Positions 9,653 through 19,632 are shown, counted from the stretch's first letter. The stretch: 64,000 bases of DNA from Candidatus Chisholmbacteria bacterium RIFCSPHIGHO2_01_FULL_52_32 (GCA_001816585.1 MHCJ01000003.1:156228-220227); one strand, 5' to 3'. Numbers and translations are program-made. Notes: generated from the letters alone by a model not told the origin.

Positions 9653-11196
9653 CGTTTTATCTGAAGTACAGACCACAAACGGCCGCGGGGCTTGACCTTC
9701 ATTCCGTCCGTCAGGAGTTTGAGGCCATTTTGGCTTCTGGGCGATTTGCCCATGCCTATCTGTTTGCCGGTCCACGGGGAACGGGAAAAACTTCGGCAGC
9801 AAGGATTTTGGCAAAAATTGTCAACTGCAAGCGTAACGAAAAAGCCTCAGATAGTGGAAAGAGGCTTTCGGAACCTTGCAACGTTTGCGTCTCCTGCCGG
9901 GAAATCACGCAAGGGAATGCTTTGGATCTTTTCGAGATTGATGCGGCTTCGAACCGCGGGATTGATGACATTCGGGAGCTTCGGGAGCGGATTAAACTTG
10001 CCCCGGCCCGAAGTCGGTTTAAGGTCTATATTATTGATGAGGTGCATATGCTCACACAGGAGGCCTTCAACGCGCTCTTAAAAACGTTGGAGGAGCCTCC
10101 ACTGCATGCCCTGTTTATCCTTTGCACCACGGAACCGGAGAAGCTTCCTGCTACCGTTTCTTCCCGCTGTACACGGATTACATTTCCTAAGGCATCCGTT
10201 TCGGAGGTGGTTACCAGCCTGACGAAAGGGGTGCGGAGTGAGGGGCTTTCGGTTGCGCCTGAGGTCTTGCAGGCATTGGCGAAGAATGTGGACGGGAGCT
10301 TTCGGGACGGCATGAAGTATTTAGAGCAACTGTCTCTCCGCGCAACCGGACGGCGGAAACGGATCTCTCTTGAGGATGTGCAGCGGGTCGTGGGGGGCGG
10401 CAGACAGGTTTCCGTCCGTCGCTTACTGACGGCCCTGTCGGAGCACAATACCGATCAGGCATTCGGGGAACTGGCTCGGGTAACCGAGGAAGAGGTGAGT
10501 TTGGAAAATTATGCGCGGGAAATCCTCGAAATGTTGCGATTGTTACTGCTTTCGGAGCTTGGGGTGGTGAAGACGGAGCCCATCAAGGGACTGGATCTGG
10601 CTTCTGTCCGGCTACTGATTACGCTTTTTGCTCGCGCGGCCGTCTCCCTGCGTTCGGCCGTGGTGCCCCAATTACCCCTGGAGCTGGCGGTGGCTGAGTG
10701 GCTCGGGTCTTCAAGCGGTAAACAGACATCCGAGCCCGCGGTTGCAGTGGGTATCAAGGCAAGCGCTTCGCCGGCGGATCCCCAAAAGCAGAGGGACAAC
10801 GCCGGCGGAAAAGTACCCGGGAAACCGAGCTCGGTAACTTTCAAAACGGTCGTTGAACGGTGGACGAAGGTATTGGACACCCTGCGGCCGCAGAACCACA
10901 GTTTGGAAGCACTGCTTAAGGCGGCTAAGCCCTTGGAACTTGAAGGCGATAGCCTCGTGGTCGAAGTAGCTTACCCTTTTCATAAGCAGCAGCTTGAACT
11001 CGGGCGCTACAAAACGATGGTTGAGGCCGCAATGGCGGAGGTTTTTTCGACTCCGCTTATTTTGCGGTATGTGTTGCGCAAGGCGACGCCTGCAATTTCC
11101 CCTGCCATGCGCAAGCACGAGAACATCAGCGGCGCGGTTGAGGATGAGGAAATCGTGCGCGTGGCGGAGGAGATTTTTGGAGGAAAAGAGACCTAA
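9649..11196 (+). CDS. dnaX: DNA polymerase III subunit gamma/tau
   Basis: YLKYRP, GPRGTGKT, EIDAASNRG, DEVHML, AFNALLKTLEEPP. Confidence 0.97.
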   Translation: MTFYLKYRPQTAAGLDLHSVRQEFEAILASGRFAHAYLFAGPRGTGKTSAARILAKIVNCKRNEKASDSGKRLSEPCNVCVSCREITQGNALDLFEIDAASNRGIDDIRELRERIKLAPARSRFKVYIIDEVHMLTQEAFNALLKTLEEPPLHALFILCTTEPEKLPATVSSRCTRITFPKASVSEVVTSLTKGVRSEGLSVAPEVLQALAKNVDGSFRDGMKYLEQLSLRATGRRKRISLEDVQRVVGGGRQVSVRRLLTALSEHNTDQAFGELARVTEEEVSLENYAREILEMLRLLLLSELGVVKTEPIKGLDLASVRLLITLFARAAVSLRSAVVPQLPLELAVAEWLGSSSGKQTSEPAVAVGIKASASPADPQKQRDNAGGKVPGKPSSVTFKTVVERWTKVLDTLRPQNHSLEALLKAAKPLELEGDSLVVEVAYPFHKQQLELGRYKTMVEAAMAEVFSTPLILRYVLRKATPAISPAMRKHENISGAVEDEEIVRVAEEIFGGKET

Positions 11197-11289
11197 AATT
11201 CAAAATCAAAATGCACAATACAAATTGTTGAATTTGGAATTTCAATTTGAAACTTTTCATTTAAAATATTATCTTGTAAAAGGAGGAAG

Positions 11290-11574
11290 ATGTTTGACAA
11301 ACTCAAACAGCTCGGGGATTTGAAGAAGATGCGCGATCAAGCCCTGGCGATCCAACGGCTGCTGGCTCAGGAGGAGATAACGCTTGAGGAGGGTGATGTG
11401 CGGGTGGTGATCAGCGGTGATCAACGGATCAAGGAATTTGCCGTCAAGGGCTATTCAAGCGAAGCGGCGATTTCGATCCTCAATAAGGCGATTAAAAAAT
11501 CTCAGGAATTGGCGGCGAAGAAGCTCCAAGAGATGCCCGGAGGACTTGGGGGACTCATGGGAGGAGGGAGTTAG
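11290..11574 (+). CDS. ybaB: YbaB/EbfC nucleoid-associated protein
   Basis: Position between dnaX and recR; size and sequence pattern. Confidence 0.85.
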   Translation: MFDKLKQLGDLKKMRDQALAIQRLLAQEEITLEEGDVRVVISGDQRIKEFAVKGYSSEAAISILNKAIKKSQELAAKKLQEMPGGLGGLMGGGS

Positions 11575-11576
11575 TA

Positions 11577-11685
11577 GAGAGCAAATGGCGTATGGCAGAT
11601 GGCGTATAGCGAATAGCGAAGAGGATAGAGAAAATTTCTAATTCCTAATTCCTAAACCCTAATAAGCTAATAAGCTACAAGCTAC
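11577..11685. repeat. Mixed heptamer tracts
   Basis: ATGGCGT/ATAGCGA units, then TTCCTAA and AAGCTAA units. Confidence 0.8.
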
Positions 11686-11742
11686 TTTCCTCCTAGACCG
11701 GCGTGCAGCGGCTCTTCAACTGCGTGATATAATGAATGTTCA

Positions 11743-12363
11743 ATGAGAATTCCCAAAGCAGTCGAAAAGCTCGTTGCAGCTTTCGAGCGGCTTCCGGGGA
11801 TCGGCCCAAAAACCGCGCAACGGTTGACGTTTTATCTTCTCCACGTTCCACAGACTGAACTTGATCGCTTTGCGGAAGCGGTGAAGGATCTTCAGGCAAA
11901 GACGAAGGTTTGTTCGCTTTGCTTTAACGTAGGTGAGGCGGATCCCTGCGAGATTTGCTCTGATTACTCTCGAGATAAAAGCACGATTCTCGTGGTTGAA
12001 GAACCTCTGGATGTCCTGGCGATTGAACGGAGTGATGGCTATCACGGTCTTTACCATGTCTTACATGGTAGAATAGAGCCCCTCCGAAATATCGGGCCTG
12101 AGGAACTTCATCTTCATGACTTGCTTCCTCGAGTCAAAGATGGTAGCATCAGTGAACTTATTTTGGCGACCAACCCGACGATGGAGGGTGAGGCGACGGC
12201 GATGTACATTGCGAAATTAATTCGGGAGGACAAAGTGCAAAGCGCAAAGGGTAAAGCGTTACAAATCACCAGAATCGGGAGGGGGTTGCCCGTCGGAGGG
12301 GATCTTGAGTATGCGGATGATGTGACTCTGGCGCGGGCGCTCGAAGGGAGGAAGGAGTTTTAA
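11743..12363 (+). CDS. recR: Recombination mediator RecR
   Basis: LPGIGPKTAQR, C4 zinc finger, YHVLHG, ATNPTMEGEATA, GLPVGGDLEY. Confidence 0.97.
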   Translation: MRIPKAVEKLVAAFERLPGIGPKTAQRLTFYLLHVPQTELDRFAEAVKDLQAKTKVCSLCFNVGEADPCEICSDYSRDKSTILVVEEPLDVLAIERSDGYHGLYHVLHGRIEPLRNIGPEELHLHDLLPRVKDGSISELILATNPTMEGEATAMYIAKLIREDKVQSAKGKALQITRIGRGLPVGGDLEYADDVTLARALEGRKEF

Positions 12364-13208
12364 TGGCGGTAGGTAGGGTCGAGGCACCAAACCATCCAGA
12401 TCAGGCAAATGGTGGGCTCACGCGGCGGTATGAGCGAGCGACTGCGCTTGCCTTTGTACCATCAGAGTCTGAAATTGCTTCAATTTACGATCGGATAGCT
12501 GAAGAGTTTTTTCACCATCGTCATGATACGACTACCGATTTTGACATCGTTGGTTGGCCCTGGATGCGGACGATCCTCAATGGGAGGGTGAACGGAAAAG
12601 ATGTTCTCGATGTGGCATGCGGAACCGGGGTAGTTTCTCATAAACTTTTCCATGACTTTGAACCGGAGAGCGTTCAAGGGGTCGACATTAGCGGAGAAAT
12701 GATTCGGATTTCCAGGAGGGAAATTCGAGATAAGCGGGCGCGATTCTCTTTACAGTCTGCATCGCAGATGGATTTTCCCGATGATTCCTTTGATTTGGCG
12801 ATATCTACATACGGAATGGATTATATTCCGGACTTGTCTTCGGCTCTTCGCGAGATCAGGCGCGTCCTTCGGCCCGGTGGTTCGTTTGTTTTTCTTGTTC
12901 CTCACCCAAATCGGAATCAGCTTTACTACGAGGGTGGGGGTGGGGAAGGACCTTTTTCAGAGGGTTGGTATGTAGAGACATGGCCAGGTGCCGGCGGTGT
13001 AGAAATCCCTAAGCACTATCTGAAGTTAGGTACTTGGATAAGAGAACTTGATCTTTCCGGATTTAACTTCAAGAGGATGCATGAGCCTCACCCCCTACAA
13101 CCTGCGATGGAAGCGGCTCCAGAAATCTATCAGAGATATATGCGGGGCCCACGGACCGTCATCTTTGATGCGGTGACTGAAGGGGCAAGAGCAACCGCTT
13201 TATCGTGA
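12363..13208 (+). CDS. Class I SAM-dependent methyltransferase
   Basis: VLDVACGTG, GVDIS, FDLAIS, RVLRPGG. Confidence 0.9.
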   Translation: MAVGRVEAPNHPDQANGGLTRRYERATALAFVPSESEIASIYDRIAEEFFHHRHDTTTDFDIVGWPWMRTILNGRVNGKDVLDVACGTGVVSHKLFHDFEPESVQGVDISGEMIRISRREIRDKRARFSLQSASQMDFPDDSFDLAISTYGMDYIPDLSSALREIRRVLRPGGSFVFLVPHPNRNQLYYEGGGGEGPFSEGWYVETWPGAGGVEIPKHYLKLGTWIRELDLSGFNFKRMHEPHPLQPAMEAAPEIYQRYMRGPRTVIFDAVTEGARATALS

Positions 13209-13774
13209 TGAAAGTCTATTTCGTCGCCTCTATTCGGGGGAAATCTCAGTTTCTCGAAAACTATAAGAGTATTGTGGGAGCCTTGCGGGCTGGTGGACTC
13301 GAAGTCATCGAGAATATCCTAAAGCCTACCGAGAAAGAGGTCTATGCACTCACCGACGGTGGGAAGATTGAATATTATAAGAGGGTGCTGAAATGGATCA
13401 GTCAGGCAGATATTGTCGTTGCGGAAGCTTCATTTTCCTCCCTCGGGGTAGGATACGAAATATCGCTCGCGCTTGAAAAGAATAAGCCGGTTATTGTCCT
13501 CTATGAAGAAGGTCAAGCCCCGCATTTTCTTGGGGGAATACAATCCGACCGGTTATCGCTCGTAAAGTATACCTTGGTCAAACTTCCGTCGATTCTCAAA
13601 CAGGCATTTGAACATTCGTCTGCCCAAATGGAGACCCGCTTCAATTTCTTTGTCCCTCGACGGCTGGTCGTTTATCTTGACTGGATATCAAAGAATAAGC
13701 GGATTCCTCGGGCCGTTTACCTTCGTCAACTTATCAGGCGCGAGATGCAGCGAAACAGGGATTTCCAATCATGA
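13205..13774 (+). CDS. Nucleoside 2-deoxyribosyltransferase/DNPH1-like domain fused to a C-terminal ribbon-helix-helix
   Basis: KVYFVASIRG, ADIVVAE.S.SSLGVGYE, KPVIVL; C-terminal RFNFF...LDWI...RAVYLRQLI. Confidence 0.75.
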   Translation: MMKVYFVASIRGKSQFLENYKSIVGALRAGGLEVIENILKPTEKEVYALTDGGKIEYYKRVLKWISQADIVVAEASFSSLGVGYEISLALEKNKPVIVLYEEGQAPHFLGGIQSDRLSLVKYTLVKLPSILKQAFEHSSAQMETRFNFFVPRRLVVYLDWISKNKRIPRAVYLRQLIRREMQRNRDFQS

Positions 13775-14361
13775 AGATTTATTTTACCGCCGCCATTACC
13801 GACGTCCCGGCCCCTCAACAGGATAACTACCTAAAGATTGTCGGAGAACTCAAGATCCTGGGTCATCAGGTGGTAGCTGATCATATTTTGGGAAAGACGG
13901 CTCAGTCGCTTGCATCTCAGTCTGAAGCAGATGCGTTAAGGATATACAGAAAACTCATCGTGTGGAAAAACCAGGCAGACCTCGTTGTGGCTGAAACTTC
14001 GTACCCCAGCTTTGGAGTGGGGCAGGAGATCTCGTATGCCTTGATGCATGAGAAACCGGTGATTGCGCTCTACCTTCCGGAGCGGAAGCCACATTTACTG
14101 ACTGCTATTGGCCAGGAGTATCTCCACATCGTTGAGTACGCTCCCGAAACTCTGAAGCGGACGCTTTCCGATTATATCGACTTTGCCAAAGGGGTTGCCG
14201 ATACCCGGTTCAACTTTTTTATTTCCCCAGACCTCGGGAGTTTCTTGGATTGGATTTCAAAGAAGCGCAAACTCCCCAGGGCAGTTTTCCTGCGCCAGTT
14301 GATTGAAGAAGACTTGCGAAAGAACAAGCAGTATCTTCGGGAAACGAAAGGAAGTAAATAA
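13771..14361 (+). CDS. Paralogous NDT/DNPH1-like plus RHH protein
   Basis: KIYFTA, ADLVVAE.SYPSFGVGQE, KPVIAL, RFNFF...LDWI...RAVFLRQLI; ATGA overlap with previous gene. Confidence 0.75.
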   Translation: MKIYFTAAITDVPAPQQDNYLKIVGELKILGHQVVADHILGKTAQSLASQSEADALRIYRKLIVWKNQADLVVAETSYPSFGVGQEISYALMHEKPVIALYLPERKPHLLTAIGQEYLHIVEYAPETLKRTLSDYIDFAKGVADTRFNFFISPDLGSFLDWISKKRKLPRAVFLRQLIEEDLRKNKQYLRETKGSK

Positions 14362-14365
14362 TGAC

Positions 14366-14390
14366 AACCGCCTTTGCAGGGCGGTTTTTT
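14366..14390 (+). terminator. Rho-independent terminator
   Basis: AACCGCC/GGCGGTT hairpin followed by a T run. Confidence 0.85.
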
Positions 14391-14511
14391 GCATTTGAAT
14401 CCTTTTTCTTCGACCGGACAACTGAGAAGAAGTGTTTGAGCATCACTGTGAATGAGCACAATAGATGGGGATCCTTCTTCTTTTATCCCTTGATTTGATA
14501 TACTGATTGTC

Positions 14512-15009
14512 ATGGTCAGGCAGATTCTGGGAGAAATCTCGGAGCAGCTCGCGGAGCAGGCGAAGCACACCGCGAAAACCGCAAAACAGGCACCGGTGGT
14601 GATCTTCCAGCGGACGGTCGGAGTGAAGACCGCTGAGGAGAAGAAAGCTTCTAAGGACCAAAGCCAGGAGGCGGTTGAGAAACTGGCTTCCGGCACAGCC
14701 GGTCAGCAACAGCAGGCAGTTTCCCCGGTTGATATCCGACGGCAGCAGATCGAAGCGGAAAAGGAGGCTCATCTGAAGAAAATGCGAAAGATTTTACATA
14801 GACGGTTATTCTCGGAGGCGCAGAAAGTGCGACAACGAAAATCCGAGGAAGAACGTTTGCTTAAAATGGAAGAAGAGAAGAGAAAAAAGGAGAAAGAAAA
14901 GAAGGTTATGGGTGAGCTTGAACAGAAAAAGAAGGAAGAAGCGCTGGCGGTAAAGATGCTCAAACGGGCGAAGGGGGCTGGGGAGTTCGGGCCAAAAAAG
15001 GTGCAATAA
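14512..15009 (+). CDS. Hypothetical charged coiled-coil protein
   Basis: K/E-rich 165-aa ORF; TGnTATACT 7 nt upstream. Confidence 0.7.
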   Translation: MVRQILGEISEQLAEQAKHTAKTAKQAPVVIFQRTVGVKTAEEKKASKDQSQEAVEKLASGTAGQQQQAVSPVDIRRQQIEAEKEAHLKKMRKILHRRLFSEAQKVRQRKSEEERLLKMEEEKRKKEKEKKVMGELEQKKKEEALAVKMLKRAKGAGEFGPKKVQ

Positions 15010-15084
15010 GATAGTTAAAAGTTACAATTCAAAGTTTAAAGTTCTGAGAACAATATTATTACTCATAGTTAACACTTTTATACC

Positions 15085-15843
15085 GTGAACAAGATAGATA
15101 TTGGTCGCGTAAAAGGGAAAAAGATACTCGCGATCGGAGCGCATCCCGATGATGTGGACTTTTCTTGCGGTGGGACGCTTCTTTTACTTTCAAAGCAAAA
15201 CCGCATTGTTCTCGCTTGTGTCACGAGCGGGCAAATGGGTACTCACGATGAGGATTCCGATAAAACGGATTTGATGACTGTCCGGGAGAGGGAACAGCGG
15301 GAGGCGGGCGCGAGGTACAAAGCTTCACAAGTCTTATTTCTTCAATTCCCGGACTTTTTCGTGTCGGAACAGCCGAAACGATTGAGGAAGAGGCTTATCA
15401 AGCTTCTGGTTCGAGTGCGGCCCGACATTGTCATTACCCATGATCCGTGGTCGGAGTACTTTCCCTACCATCCGGACCATCGGGTGGTGGGATTTGCCGT
15501 GTATGATGCACTTTTGGCTTCGACGCTTCCGCTTTACCTTCAGAAGAAGAGCGTGGCAGGGGTAGCGCTTTCGCCTCGGCCAGAGCTATGGCTGATGCAT
15601 CCGCATGAACCTTCGCATGCGGTCGACATCACTTCGGTTTACCCGAAGAAAATTGCGGCCATCAAACTACACAAAAGCCAATTTGACGGTGTTTTTGTCT
15701 GGGAGAAAGTGGAGAAGAGGCTTGTAAAGATCTTTTCCGGGGTAGGAAAGGAAATTGGGGCAAGGCAAGCCGAGGCGTTTCGGATTATTTCCCCTGAGGG
15801 GGATGCCGTTTTTTCGACAGAAAGGAAAAGCAAGAGAGCCTGA
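15085..15843 (+). CDS. PIG-L/LmbE family deacetylase
   Basis: AHPDD, HPDH, HKSQ, AEAF. Confidence 0.92.
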   Translation: MNKIDIGRVKGKKILAIGAHPDDVDFSCGGTLLLLSKQNRIVLACVTSGQMGTHDEDSDKTDLMTVREREQREAGARYKASQVLFLQFPDFFVSEQPKRLRKRLIKLLVRVRPDIVITHDPWSEYFPYHPDHRVVGFAVYDALLASTLPLYLQKKSVAGVALSPRPELWLMHPHEPSHAVDITSVYPKKIAAIKLHKSQFDGVFVWEKVEKRLVKIFSGVGKEIGARQAEAFRIISPEGDAVFSTERKSKRA

Positions 15844-15884
15844 TTTCAGTATGGACGAAACTTTTTTGTCCAACCAACCTGTTT

Positions 15885-16153
15885 GACCATTTCTTTGTTT
15901 GTCCAAAGAAATGGTCGAAAGAAAGGACGCCCTTGAACGGTCTTTCGAGAACGCGTTTCACTCACATTGTACGATCAAACTCCTCTCCGCCAGCTGGCGG
16001 ATCGTCGAACCCCACATCATTCACTCGACTTGTCGAAGACTGCTTATCCAGCCGTTTCGGCACTCGGGTTCATGAGCGGGGCAGGCAGTGATCGCTTTTC
16101 AGAAGAGTTCGCTCAACTCGTTCTCGACTAGCTGCGTTCAAAGGGAGATAAAA
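15885..16153 (+). repeat. Structured element copy A (pseudoknot/triplex-like head plus long hairpin); ncRNA- or MITE-like
   Basis: 13-bp inverted repeat, AAAGAAA, GGAC pairing with the loop; closing stem CCCTTGAACG/CGTTCAAAGGG; motifs shared with 34174-34368. Confidence 0.6.
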
Positions 16154-16163
16154 TAGAGGGACG

Positions 16164-17594
16164 ATGAGAATCTATAACACCCTATCCAGGAAGATTGAGG
16201 AGTTCGCGCCCATCAATCCTCCCGCGGTCGGGATGTATACCTGCGGGATGACGGTCTACGATTTTGCTCATATCGGACACGGTCGCAAGTACGTCGGTGA
16301 CGATATCCTGCGGCGGACCCTGGCGTATTTGGGATACACGGTGACCCATGTTCAGAATGTGACTGATGTCGGGCATCTCTCTTCCGACGCGGATTCCGGC
16401 GAGGACAAACTGGAAAAGGGAGCGAAGAAGACGGGGAAGAACGTTTGGGAAGTGGCCGAGGAATTCACCACCCATTTTTATAAGTCTATGGATGCCCTGA
16501 ATGTTTTGCGGCCGGATATCATTTGCAAAGCGACTGATCACATCAAGGAACAGGTTGATTTGGTTGGGCGACTGGTTGCAAAAGGTTTTGCCTATGATAC
16601 ATCCGAGGCAGTGTACTTTGATATTTTAAAGTTTCCCTCTTATGCTCGATTATTCGGTCAGAAACTAGAAGAAAAGAAGACCGCAGCACGAAGTGAGGTA
16701 AAAACAGGAGTTCATAAAAAACACCCGGCGGATTTTGCGCTGTGGTTTAAGCGGGTCGGTCGGTTTGCCGATCACTCCATGCATTGGGAGAGCCCCTGGG
16801 GAGATGGATTCCCGGGATGGCATATCGAGTGTTCGGCAATGAGCATGAAATATCTTGGCGATTCGTTTGATATTCATACGGGCGGCACTGACCATATCTC
16901 CATTCACCACCCCAACGAGATTGCACAGAGCGAGGCGGCAACGGGAAAGCCCTTCGTGCGGTACTGGGTGCACCATGCGTTCCTCATCGTGGATGGGAAA
17001 AAAATGAGCAAGAGCTTGGGGAATATCTACACGATCACGGATGTCAAAGCAAAGGGGTTTGATCCGTTGGCTCTGCGGTATTTGTATTTGACGACCCACT
17101 ACCGGAAACTGTTGAACTTTACTTGGGAGGGGCTTGAAGCTGCGGCCAAAGGTTTGGAGCGGTTGCGGGAAGTGATGGCGCAGTTTCGCGAGGCACGGGA
17201 GCGGACGATGCTGTCAGCAGATAAGTTAGCAAAGGTGGACCTGCTGCGGAAGAAATTTACTGAGGCGATTTCCGATGATCTTTCGATGCCCGAAGCTTTG
17301 AGCGTGGTTTGGGAAGTAGTCAAGACCAACATTCCGGGGTACGATAAGTATGACCTACTTTTGGATTTAGACCAGGTGTTAGGACTCAATTTAGCGTCTA
17401 GCGTTCAGCATTCAGCGTCTAGCGTAGTGATTCCAGAAGATGTTGTAAACTTGGTTAATAGAAGGGAAGAGTTGAGAAGGGTGAAGAAGTTCGCGCAAGC
17501 GGACGAAGTGCGCAAAGCAATCGAGAAGAAGGGATTCGCGGTGGAGGATCGGCCGGAGGGGGCGAGAATAAAACAATTAAAAATTACATTTTAG
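16164..17594 (+). CDS. cysS: Cysteine--tRNA ligase
   Basis: [30 protein letters not shown]. Confidence 0.97.
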   Translation: MRIYNTLSRKIEEFAPINPPAVGMYTCGMTVYDFAHIGHGRKYVGDDILRRTLAYLGYTVTHVQNVTDVGHLSSDADSGEDKLEKGAKKTGKNVWEVAEEFTTHFYKSMDALNVLRPDIICKATDHIKEQVDLVGRLVAKGFAYDTSEAVYFDILKFPSYARLFGQKLEEKKTAARSEVKTGVHKKHPADFALWFKRVGRFADHSMHWESPWGDGFPGWHIECSAMSMKYLGDSFDIHTGGTDHISIHHPNEIAQSEAATGKPFVRYWVHHAFLIVDGKKMSKSLGNIYTITDVKAKGFDPLALRYLYLTTHYRKLLNFTWEGLEAAAKGLERLREVMAQFREARERTMLSADKLAKVDLLRKKFTEAISDDLSMPEALSVVWEVVKTNIPGYDKYDLLLDLDQVLGLNLASSVQHSASSVVIPEDVVNLVNRREELRRVKKFAQADEVRKAIEKKGFAVEDRPEGARIKQLKITF

Positions 17595-17697
17595 GCGTGA
17601 CTTTGTGATCTACAGCAACTTTATCTCACCTTGAAAGGTCTAACCTTGCAAGGTGGATAGAATTTACTAAACCCTATACCCTATACCCTGAGTCTTT

Positions 17698-18363
17698 ATG
17701 CCTGAACAGAAACAAGATTGGTGGAAGGTCGTCAGTTTGCTTTTAATTCTGGTGACTCTCGCTAATGTATTGGTTTTGGATTACGTGGTGGGGAAGGGAA
17801 AGGATACTTCGGGAACGACTGCGCCGCTTGGAGGGTTGGAGGAGAGGATCGCCTCGCTTGTGACGAGACAACAAGCGCTGGAATCGGCAGTAACCGATAT
17901 TGCAACATTTTCCGCTTTGCCTGTGGCATTACCAACCACGGCACCTTCCGTCGTTGAGAAGACCGTGGTTGAGCGGGTGGTTACACAAGCGCCGAGTTCG
18001 ACGGTGAAGGAGTTCTATATTCCTCTTGGGCAGGCGGCGGCACAAACAGAGAATTTTTCCTGGGTCGATACGGGTGCGGAGGCAACGTTTGATATCGCAA
18101 ATTACGGCAGTGTCAAGGAAGTGAACTTTGAGGCAACCCTTTCTTCCCCGGAGGGACAGGTGGAGGTGAGGCTGTATAACGTTTCTGATAAAAACGCGAT
18201 TTATGGGAGTACGATCGTGGGAGATGCTCAGGATCCGAAGCTCTATCGGTCTTCAAACTTGGTATTACCAGGGGGGCAAAAGACCTACAGAGTTCAGATG
18301 CGCACATCGGTGAAGGTTCTCGCGACGATGCACTCGGGCAGAATACGCATACTCCTCAAGTGA
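17698..18363 (+). CDS. Hypothetical membrane-anchored protein
   Basis: N-terminal TM helix, coiled coil, beta-rich C-terminus. Confidence 0.75.
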   Translation: MPEQKQDWWKVVSLLLILVTLANVLVLDYVVGKGKDTSGTTAPLGGLEERIASLVTRQQALESAVTDIATFSALPVALPTTAPSVVEKTVVERVVTQAPSSTVKEFYIPLGQAAAQTENFSWVDTGAEATFDIANYGSVKEVNFEATLSSPEGQVEVRLYNVSDKNAIYGSTIVGDAQDPKLYRSSNLVLPGGQKTYRVQMRTSVKVLATMHSGRIRILLK

Positions 18364-18447
18364 TGTACAGGTCGCACCTGTACATCGGGGTTTTTCTCGA
18401 AGCTTGTTTCTTGTGAGAGAGGCCGTTTCTCTCTATAATGCCGAATC

Positions 18448-19632
18448 ATGGCAGAGCGGGCATCCGTTGGGATTTTGATTTCCAAACTCCCAAAAAAGAA
18501 TTCGCTGTTTGGCTCAGACTTTCTGCAAACGGGGGAGAAGTCGATACCAGAGATCGAGGCGGTACTGGCGGCGGCTCAAATCCTTCGGAAGTTGAAAAGT
18601 GAGGGGAAGAACACAAGGCTTTTTACTTCGGGGCTGGCGGTCTCTTGGTTTCGGGATAAATCGACGCGAACGCGGTATAGCTTTGCGGCAGCAGCAGATC
18701 TCTTAGGCCTCTCCGTTTTAGATCTCGATGAGGAGAAGACGCAGGTCGCGCATGGGGAAACGGTGCGGGAGACGGCAACAATGCTTTCCTTTCTCACCGA
18801 GGTGTTCGGAATACGGGATGACCTCTATTTGGGAGAAGGGCACGCATTCATGGAGACGGTGGCGCGGGCGGTTGAAGTGGGACACAACGAGGGTGTGTTG
18901 CCAAAACGGCCTAGTGTTTTAAACCTCCAATCGGACCGCGACCATCCTACGCAATCTCTTTCGGACCTTGCGCATCTTACTTCGCACTTCGGGAGCCTTA
19001 AAAATCTGCGGGGGAAAAGATTGGTCATGTCTTGGGCGTACTCGCCGAGCTATGGGAAACCCCTTTCGGTTGCCCAAGGGGTGTGCGGACTCATGACACG
19101 ACTGGGAATGGATGTAGTGCTCGCGTACCCTGATGGGTACGGGTTGATACCGGAGCTCGAGCGGCAGTTTTTCAAGCAAGCGAAAGAGTCGGGCGGCCGA
19201 TTTTCCGTCGTCCATGACATGAAGGAGGCGTTCCGAAATGCCGACAGCGTCTATCCGAAGTCATGGGCTCCGTTTTCCGTCATGGAAGAGGGAACGCGAA
19301 TGCTTCGGAAGGGTGATCGGGAGGCACTGGTGAAGCTAGAGAAGAAAGGATTGGCGATGAACGACAAGCACAAAGATTGGGAGTGTACCGACGCGATGAT
19401 GCGCTCGACAAAAGGAGGGAAGGCGCTATATATGCACTGCCTACCGGCGGATGTATCGGGGGTTAGCTGTAAAGAGGGGGAGGTTGAAAAGAGCGTGTTT
19501 GAGCGGTATCGGAAAGAGCTGTTTTTGCAAGCGGGGCACAAACCTTTTATCATTGCGGCGATGATGATGTTAACCCGATTTGAGAATCCAGCGTTTGTGT
19601 TGAAGAGGACATTGAAGGGTCGGACTTTTTGA
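18448..19632 (+). CDS. ygeW: Knotted carbamoyltransferase, YgeW-like
   Basis: FRDKSTRTR, HPTQ, WAYSPSYGKPLSV, YMHCLPAD. Confidence 0.88.
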   Translation: MAERASVGILISKLPKKNSLFGSDFLQTGEKSIPEIEAVLAAAQILRKLKSEGKNTRLFTSGLAVSWFRDKSTRTRYSFAAAADLLGLSVLDLDEEKTQVAHGETVRETATMLSFLTEVFGIRDDLYLGEGHAFMETVARAVEVGHNEGVLPKRPSVLNLQSDRDHPTQSLSDLAHLTSHFGSLKNLRGKRLVMSWAYSPSYGKPLSVAQGVCGLMTRLGMDVVLAYPDGYGLIPELERQFFKQAKESGGRFSVVHDMKEAFRNADSVYPKSWAPFSVMEEGTRMLRKGDREALVKLEKKGLAMNDKHKDWECTDAMMRSTKGGKALYMHCLPADVSGVSCKEGEVEKSVFERYRKELFLQAGHKPFIIAAMMMLTRFENPAFVLKRTLKGRTF

